Source of the DNA: Octopus vulgaris
Lineage: Eukaryota
Reading direction: 5' to 3'
DNA: 64,000 nt
NCBI GenBank assembly: GCA_951406725.2
Contig: OX597825.1
Location: forward strand, 48,608,001-48,672,000
Shown here: positions 55,449-64,000 of the stretch, in pieces
Position numbering within the stretch: position 1 is the first letter of the stretch
Layout: the number at the start of each line of letters is the position of its first letter
The notes under the pieces: generated by a model
What the model saw: the letters and a program-made list of their open reading frames with translations, nothing else
Told to the model about the DNA's origin: nothing
Database searches by the model: none
Translations under genes and position numbers: made by a program

Positions 55449-57068
55449 GATAAATAGATAGATAGATAGACAGAGAGATAGATATTTTCACCTTCCTCAT
55501 CACCGTCATTTTGTGAGCCATGTGACACTCTAGACGCTCTGGGAGTCAACAATCATCACCGATTTCTTTCCTCCTGTACAAACATTCCAGTATTAATATG
55601 AACACGCACGCTAAGATATGTACTTAGACACGTACACACACACACACACACACACAGACACACAGACACACAGACACACACAGACACACACAGACACACA
55701 CGCACACACACACACAGACACACACACACACACGTGTGTGTGCGTGCGTGTGTATCTGTGTTTGTGTCCCTTTGCATGTGTGTACATGTGTATATTTCTA
55801 TTTTTTTTATTCGTGCTTATTGATCCGTGAGAGATAAAAATGAAGGAAAATAAGTTTATAAGTTATTTGAACCAAGAACATAAATGGCTGTAAATACTAT
55901 GAAACATTTTGTCGAGCGTGCTCTAGTTTCCTGTGTTTGAGAACAGCAGAACTATTAGTGTCGGGAAGTAAGTGAAGAGTGGGAGGTGAATATTAGCAAT
56001 CCATATTCTTCGGCGCTTAATGGTTCCCAGTATCTAAGATGAACAGAATTACCAGTGTCAAGAAACATGATGCCAAAATTAATTCATTTAATTCGGTTCC
56101 TTATATTACCCAGTGTATCAGAATATCAGGAAGAATTGTGGTAAAACCAGAAATCCATTAGCTTCTTGAAATGTCATTGAAAACCTTTTTATTTAAAGAC
56201 ATTTTCCATTTATCAACAATTGACTTAGCTTAAATATTTGTTTGTTCTTGAAAAGGGAAATAAAAATATATTATAAAGTGATATTGATACATATAATTGG
56301 TAATAACTAATTCCATTAACTGTCTTAATCAGAAGAAAAAAACAAAAAACAACCATTCAGTTTAAATCACACATGATGGTTCTATATTTGCCAATTAAAA
56401 TGTTATAAACCAACAGACATATTCTCACCAGTAAATATAAAGAATAGCCATTGAAGGCAACAGATTTTTTGCAGCGACGAATTGTTTGTAGAGTGCTATC
56501 ATTTCACGCTTCCAATCATATTTTCTTCAACTCGATTGAACCATTTTAGTAAAGGTGTCCAGTTAGTCTTATCTATTACTCCAGATGAATGCAATCAAAT
56601 TCTGTTTCAAATCAATTCTGCCATAAATATGTTGGACAAAAGCGCAGATTCATTTGTACGTAACGATAATGTTGATCATATTTCAAAGTTGGAACTGTCC
56701 ACACAAAACAGATTTTAGTATTGTTATAATTTCTATAGAATGATGGAGAATCAGGAAGGTCTACTTTAAAAATCCTAAATTCAAACACATTTCTGTGCTT
56801 GATATGTAAAGAACAATAAAAACAAACTATTTGCATTCACAGAATTGTTTTTCTTCTGAATAATAATAGATAAATGTTTGTCTTTTCTATTTCTCCTCTC
56901 TTGTATCATATTACTTCTGACTTTTACATCCAACTGTAAAATATCCACAGAGAGCTGTTGTAATGAGACACTAGATGAATTGTAGCATTATCAATTCTTT
57001 TTTTGTAATCTTAGAAGATTCCAGAAGAAAGACGCAATCAGCCATTTATAAACACACATATAAAGTAA

Positions 57069-57142
<74 letters not shown>

Positions 57143-58503
57143 TATGTTTTCTTTATTAACCACTAAGGGTTAGGGAAATCTTTAATATTCAAGTGCATAT
57201 TAGAAGTTTAGAAGGTTGTGAAGACTAACACATCCTAGATCTAATTTAAATGTTTAAGTATCAACAAGGGATTCTTGGTTTTGTATTTGTCTGTCGATAA
57301 TTCTATATTCTGAAGAATCTCTTTTCCTTTGCTGCGATATTTCGCTTCACTTCGGAATAGTTTTTACATAAAGACCAAAACAAAATTATTCAGAAAGTCA
57401 TTAGAATAACTCAGGGATAAATTATCAGTGATAACTATTAATGCTTTAAATGAAATGGCTTAGACACAGCTGAATAGATTATTTTCGCTCACAGAACTCA
57501 AAGCATTGTTTTCGACTCGTTTACTTTCAAGGTGAAATTTAAGTAATTTTGTTTTTGGTTAGTTTCTTTAGACCGTTTGTTAAAATTTAGATAAATATAA
57601 TTTCCATAAAATAATGAAGTCACAGCAAAATAATTATTCTCAATTGCTTTGAGTTCGACCACACAATAAACTAAAAAATTAATTTTCAATGATTATTTTC
57701 TTAAAACTCGTACATTATTCTGTGTTTGCAAAAGTACAAATATATTTGGACAGCATTGTCAGCAGCTCAGCTGTTTTTGCTTGTAATTTTCGACAGTGGG
57801 ATAAATACAACACGTGGTTTCGATTATCTTTATTTCTTTTCTATAATGCCAAACAGAAAGCCATATTCGCAAGTTAAATTCATTATATAAATTGGCCTCC
57901 TGCTTAATAAATTTTTCATATTAGTAATTTTACTCGTCTCCTTGAACTTGGTAGTTTAATGTTTATTTTAATTTCATTGGTTGGTGTTGTAACAAAAACG
58001 GTTGGCAGACAAAGTGAAAGTTTTTAGTTGCTGAATCAGAAGGTTGTTGGATTAAAAGTCCTCAGTAACAGAAACAATAGGGAGCTGGAATAAAAATGTT
58101 CAGTATCAAAATCGGTAGATTGACGGACTAAAAGCATTGAGACAATTAACTATATCCATTTTCAGTTAAATTCCTGCTGTAATCGGGTTTACTTTTTAGT
58201 TCTTCAAGACTAATAAATTAATTCATGTACTGAGGGCAATTACTTTGGCAATATTTTTCTACTGTGTCAAAGTAAAAATGATCGAACTTTAATGATATAT
58301 ATATATATATATATATATCTATTTACCTTACTCAAGCGATATAGAGAATGCAAATTCAGGCAAAGATTTTCTCTTCATTGACTCTTCGAACATGTTTGAT
58401 AGACTTCCTACGTGAAAATTTAACACCCTATGTATATTTCTCACTCATCTTTGATGAGTTATAGGACATTTCCATGTTTTATTCGGTAAACATTGCTCGT
58501 CAT

Positions 58504-58542
58504 TATGTTAGAATAAACATTCAGAATGTTTATTCTAACATA
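58504..58542. repeat. Perfect palindrome, 19-bp arms with a 1-nt spacer
   Basis: TATGTTAGAATAAACATTC-A-GAATGTTTATTCTAACATA. Confidence 0.95.
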
Positions 58543-60654
58543 GACACAAGATAATGACGTTTTTTGTTTTGCGAGAGCAAAGTCACAGGAACCCATTAAA
58601 TTATTTGTTTGATATTTATTTAATTGGCAATAGAACATATGAACGTTATAGATAAAGAGACATAACTAAAGACACTTTACATTTACTCTGGCACTTTTCA
58701 ATATCTGCTGTCCATCAGCATTTCACTAACTGTTAAATAGAGGATATAAGAAAAAAGGCTAAGCATCGTTCCAAAAATATAATCTATAAATATCAAACGT
58801 TTGACAAGAACTACTTAATTTATTTTGGGAATGTGTGATTGTTGAAACGAAACTATTGACATTGAAGACATTTGATGAGCTAAGGACAAAGGAAGGAGGG
58901 CTAACTGACAACTGAGAAATTTTAGCATATCGTTGCTCAATAGAACAAGCTAAAGAGACTTACAGAGAATTTCTGGTGATAGCAGTCATACACTGCATTT
59001 ATACTTTGGCAGTTTAGGGGTCTTATGAGATTTCAGAACCTTTCTCTAAATTTTACCAAGCGGCGCTGATGAAAAATTCAAAACATTGTTTTTTTTATTT
59101 TTTAGCTGGGATCCACATCAACACTCGATCATATTCGACTTCATTAAGTCAAATTTCGCATTATTAATGTAATGAATTTAAAGAAAATAATAAATCAAAA
59201 TGTTCCAACGTGATTTTGTTGTTTAGCCTCAGTTTCTTTCAAGGTGATCTCTGAACAAATGTATTCCAATCGTCATCAGTTTTGTCTGTCGGAGACAATA
59301 TTCTTATATTCTCCAATATAATTTTCTTTACATAATACAGTAAGATGTAATTTCAGGAAAAAATGGCTATTGTTTCTCGCAAGTTTCTCAACGGTACCTT
59401 TCTTTATGGCACGATATGAAGATATAATATTGATGTTCCAAAAAATACCGGATTTTAAATGTGAATGTTTTCAGTGATCACCAGACCACTAAGATATTGA
59501 ACTATTTGATCGTAAATTATGAGTTTTAATTTACTGTAGGTAATCCGCTGTGCCTGCTGACAACGATTTCTACATCTGAAGATTCTTACCAGTTTCCTCT
59601 CTCAGAGAAGATTTCTTGCATTTGTTTAAGATTTCAAAAACTGGAGTTAACACTTTACTTTTAGACTTCTGTTACAGAAGGTTCAGCTAATTTATTACTT
59701 GAAATGTAAAAATATTAAAATATATTGGACATCTTTACTAAATTTATCCATCCAGTTTGCACCATTTCAAAAGATTCTTTTGGAAGTGGAAGAATGATAA
59801 AGTTAAAAGCTAGCAGGCATTTGGTATTGATTTCATTACAACAGTTTATCATTGCATCAATATACGAATAATTAACCTATAGTAGGGGAAATATGTATTT
59901 CCTTATATACCTAAACTGAAGCGCTGAGAAAGAGAATAATCGAAAAACAATTCTAGAACTTTCTATTGTTAATCGTTATTATTGTTTAACTTCAATCTTG
60001 CAACATTTCCATCATCATCAGAAAATGACTTCAGTTCTAGTCGAATGGGGTAACCGAAACGTATATGACCCACACTGAAAGAAGATTGACATTCGAGCTG
60101 AAGATATGACTATTATTGACAGATCAAGTGTGATGAATGTATTTCAATGTAATCGCCACATTAAACGATTTCTAAAGACTTTTACTGTCTGTCATCACCA
60201 TCGTAATTGAGAGCACATTTGTATTTCTCTTGCAGAAGAAGGAAAAGCTAAAATATGTCAGAATTGATATGTGACCTTACAGACGGAAGGTTGATTAAAA
60301 GTGACAGAAGCTTGCTCCAAATACATTGTTGCATTTAGTTACTTGTATTTATGTTCTAAGTTCAAATCTCTGCAGTTTCCGTTTTAATCCTTCCTCTACG
60401 ATAAAGGGGACACAAGAGTATTCTGGGGCTGAGTAAACCGACTATAGATATGTTTATAGCCTTCCCGAAAACAATGAAAATCAATAGAAACCTAATGTTA
60501 TTTATCTCCAGCTCGACAATGATGAAACAAACCTATGATCAAAAGCTTCCAACCGTGATCATCTTGCCTCATGCCAGTTAGGTCATTCGGCCTAATAGAA
60601 ACAGTTGTCAAATCTAAAAAATGTAGGACACAATCGAAGTTAGAGGTCATATCA

Positions 60655-60985
60655 TTTATAACTTTACATATTTAGTCATTAGACTGCAGTTATACTGGGG
60701 CATCCTTCTAAAGGTTGTTTTAGTCGATAAACCCGGCTTCCTCATATTTAGTACCACTAAATTACATGAGACAAACGCGCAAGCGTTACACACGCAGACA
60801 TACACAAACACGCATGCATACACGTACACACACATATACACACTCACACACACATATAAGAGCGGCTACTTCTCAGTTTTCACTCTCTAATCATAGGTCA
60901 GTCCGGGTTTAAAGGAAAACAGGCTTGCTTGTGACTGAATATGAACTCATGTAGTTGTGAAACGAACTTTTAAAACTCAGTACCG
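60655..60985 (-). mobile_element. Decayed SINE (26599 family)
   Basis: ttagtcattagactgcag..ctggggcatc; ctacttctcagttt; gtgactgaa. Confidence 0.55.
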
Positions 60986-61337
60986 TGTACGGGACCTATA
61001 TTCTTTTAGACTGAGTCAAACTAACTGCTATAACATACACACATACATACATACATACATACATACAAACAAACAAACATGCATACATGCATACATACAT
61101 ACATATTTGTTAAAGTATGTCTCCATAAGAACGTTACTCTGATGAAAAACCCAATATGCTTGCGCTTGTGATCATTCCTGAGCGTGCGACCTATATTGGC
61201 ACAGGGTATCTTGCTCTGGTTTATCTTTGGGTCATGTCTGTAGAGTGGAGAGAGTTTGTAAGGTGCTATGCAAGCTTTACTGGACCGAAAATTTTAGGTT
61301 GTGCAATCGCTGGTGAGATGGTACCAAATATCAATGC

Positions 61338-62367
61338 TCCCAAACATTGCACAAAACTTTAGCAACAGTCAATGACTCTGTGAGCGAGCCATCTTAGCTA
61401 CACGTAATGATGCTGTCAACAAAATCAAATGGAATCTCTTGCAGCTGTTGCCCGGACAAGAACAGTCTTTCAAATCCCCAACACTGTCATTGATCAGGAC
61501 TAGGCTGTAGTTTTTCCAACTGAGTTCTTGAACTCTCTACAGCCATCTGGGATGCTGTCTCACCACTTGACAATTAGAAAGGGGGCCCCAATCAGCTGCT
61601 CAGGAATCTGGATCCACCTCGTCTGTGAAATTGCACCATACTGGCGGTGAAAGCGATGCGAACCCATGTCCTAAATACAACAATCATGACAGGGAACTAT
61701 AAGGGTGAGGATGTCTTCATTCCACGGATCCCGTTAAACCCACACGACTTCCCCTTTGAATTTAAACAGTTCCAGTTCCCAGTGAAGCTAAGTTTCGCTA
61801 TGTCAAGAAACAAGTCTCAAGGACAGCCTCTCAATGCTGTTGGACATCATCTTGCTTCTCTCATGGGCAATTATGTGTAGGATGATCGCAAATTGGAAGT
61901 CCCCAAAATCTTTTCATTTGTACACCAATTTGTACACCAATTTGTACACTCAAAACATCGTATATTTAGACGCTTTAGTTGATTAAACTGTGATTGATTT
62001 CTGGATTTGTTTCAATGTATTTTTTATACTCACGTCATCTGATAGAATTTTTGTTAAATGTACTTATTAACAGGAGGGGAGCGCCAGCAGGGCGGTTCTT
62101 ATCAAATTTATACATTTTCAAGTTCAACGTGTTTCAAATAAGTACTGACAATTGAAGGTGATTGCGATGACAAAGAAACTACCTGATTTTTTAACTATTT
62201 TAACTGTGAGAACATCGGATTATACATGTTATTAACATTTATTGTTTGTGGCTCAGCTAATTACTGTTGAGATGGCATAATCCATGCTTCATTTTACTTA
62301 GAGATGTAAAAGGCATTTTTAAATTTCATTATTTTCTTTAACCCGGGAAAGCCGGGTATTTCTGCTA

Positions 62368-62368
<1 letters not shown>
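61338..62368 (+). mobile_element. Helitron 3' portion: PIF1-like helicase pseudogene plus terminus
   Basis: LCERAILATRN, FPTEFLNSL, LLRNLDPPRL, VFIPRIPL, FPVKLSFAMSRNKSQGQ, SHGQL; hairpin ACCCGG-gaaag-CCGGGT then CTAG|T. Confidence 0.92.
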
Positions 62369-62401
<33 letters not shown>

Positions 62402-62424
62402 GTGCACATACATTTTTCGTTTAT

Positions 62425-62884
62425 TTTTTCTCTTACTTCTTATACTTGATTCAGTCACTTGACTGCTGTCATGCTGCAACACCACCTTGAAGGGTCCTAG
62501 TCGAGCAGATCGACCCCATGATTAATTTTTTAAGCCTTGTACGTATTCTATTGGCCACCTTTACAGAGACTGGTTACAGAGACGTAAACATGAACGCTGG
62601 TTGTCAAGAAGTGATAAGAGAAACGCTGACAGAAAAACACATACAAACGCACACACACATACACGCACACACAGACAGACACACACACACACACATACAC
62701 ACACACATATATACATACACATGACTGGCTTCTTTCAGTTTCCGTTTACCAAATCCACTTACCAGGCTTTGGTCGGCCCGAGGCTATAGTAGAAGACACT
62801 TGCCGAAGGTGCCACGTAGTGGGACTAAACCAGGAACCATGTGGTTGCAAAGCAAGCTTCCTACGACACAGACACACCTGCGCC
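62425..62884 (-). mobile_element. tRNA-derived SINE (26599 family)
   Basis: Full-length reverse-complement match with internal (CA)n. Confidence 0.88.
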
Positions 62885-63644
62885 TATATATATATATATA
62901 TATGTAAAATTTTCAATTTCATTTTTATACAGCATAACAATATTGTTTATTAACACTCATCCATAGCACTCCAAGATAAAATTTCCTCTGTATTAACATC
63001 CTATGTTTTATTTGCGTCTTGCCCCTTTAACTGGTAATTAACATCATGACTGAGTCTTCCCCTACCCAGTCTCCTTTCATAGATAGAGACTCTATATCCA
63101 ATTTACTACTCCTAATGTCTTCTTCCCTCCCTGAGGGAAAGGGATACATATGACAATATTTATGACCATACCTAGCCATGAGTTGTCAACTCACTCTTGC
63201 ACTTCATTCTAAACAGACACAGTCCTCTAGTCTTAGATTTAGTAGTTGATAAAAAGACTAATAAATTAGAAATGAACCACAATCTTTTACAAGCTATGAC
63301 CACTGTTGGCTTCATGCCATTCTTGGAAGTGTTGTCTATTCTTAGCTACAATAGAGGCATGAATTTTTTCCATCTTCATTCTCTGTTAAAGTATTTGAGA
63401 AAAATTATATTAATGTGTCCAACTAGTTAAAGTTCTATTTATCTGTGCAGCTGATGATAGCACTGTATTTAAATTGATGTAATGATTGCATTTTTCAATT
63501 AAATGAATCCACATGAAACGGTCGAACTGCATCACTACTTGATATCTTGTTGCTTATTCTGATTTTATTCACCTTACTTCGAGCTGTGAGGATAATACCG
63601 TATTGACTTGGTGCTTCAACTTAAATACCTAATTCAAGTGAATC

Positions 63645-63753
<109 letters not shown>

Positions 63754-63832
63754 TGTATGTATGTATGTATGTATGTATGTATGTATGCATGCATGCATGT
63801 ATGTATGTATGTATATATATGTATGTATATAG

Positions 63833-64000
63833 TGGCATAACATGACCTTCATTATTTATCACTACGTAAACCATTACAGTTGGTGGAAACTTAGGGAACA
63901 CAATTCTGAAGATATCAGAAGTATCTGTACATAGCCACTTATCTTATCTTCTAAGAACCAAAGAAAATCATGCTTGTGATGGTTTTTAACCTTGTTAAGT
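63833..64000 (-). mobile_element. Tc1/maT-like transposase fragment
   Basis: [20 protein letters not shown]; upstream DKWLC. Confidence 0.6.

Noticed and set aside
56970-57045. MADCVFLLESS resembling a vWA domain start
   Set aside because: Stops after 24 codons; no splice signal or further domain motifs

Overview
AT-rich, microsatellite-dense eukaryotic DNA, almost entirely transposon-derived. The SINE and microsatellite repertoire suggests a coleoid cephalopod, probably Octopus (inference). No host protein-coding gene can be called with confidence; most ORF-track hits are translated (TA)n, (TACA)n or (TAA)n repeats. Recognisable elements: two Penelope-like (RT/GIY-YIG) remnants; an IR/DR Tc1 element carrying a nested full-length mariner; a second full-length mariner; two other decayed Tc1/mariner-type relics; four Helitron elements and a Helentron-like element; many tRNA-derived SINEs; CR1/Jockey-, Tx1- and RTE-like LINE fragments; and many R4/Dong-type restriction-like-endonuclease (RLE) retrotransposon fragments. 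Those RLE fragments sit in (TAA)n at 43-52 kb, while a second family sits in (CATA)n. The most interesting signal is a set of non-coding 250-500 bp repeat units carrying hammerhead-ribozyme cores (near 0.3, 0.85, 11.7, 30.1, 33.8 and 34.1 kb), some in tandem, circularly permuted or inverted arrangement, as expected of Penelope-mobilised retrozyme-like elements. A few isolated exon-like segments are reported at low confidence.
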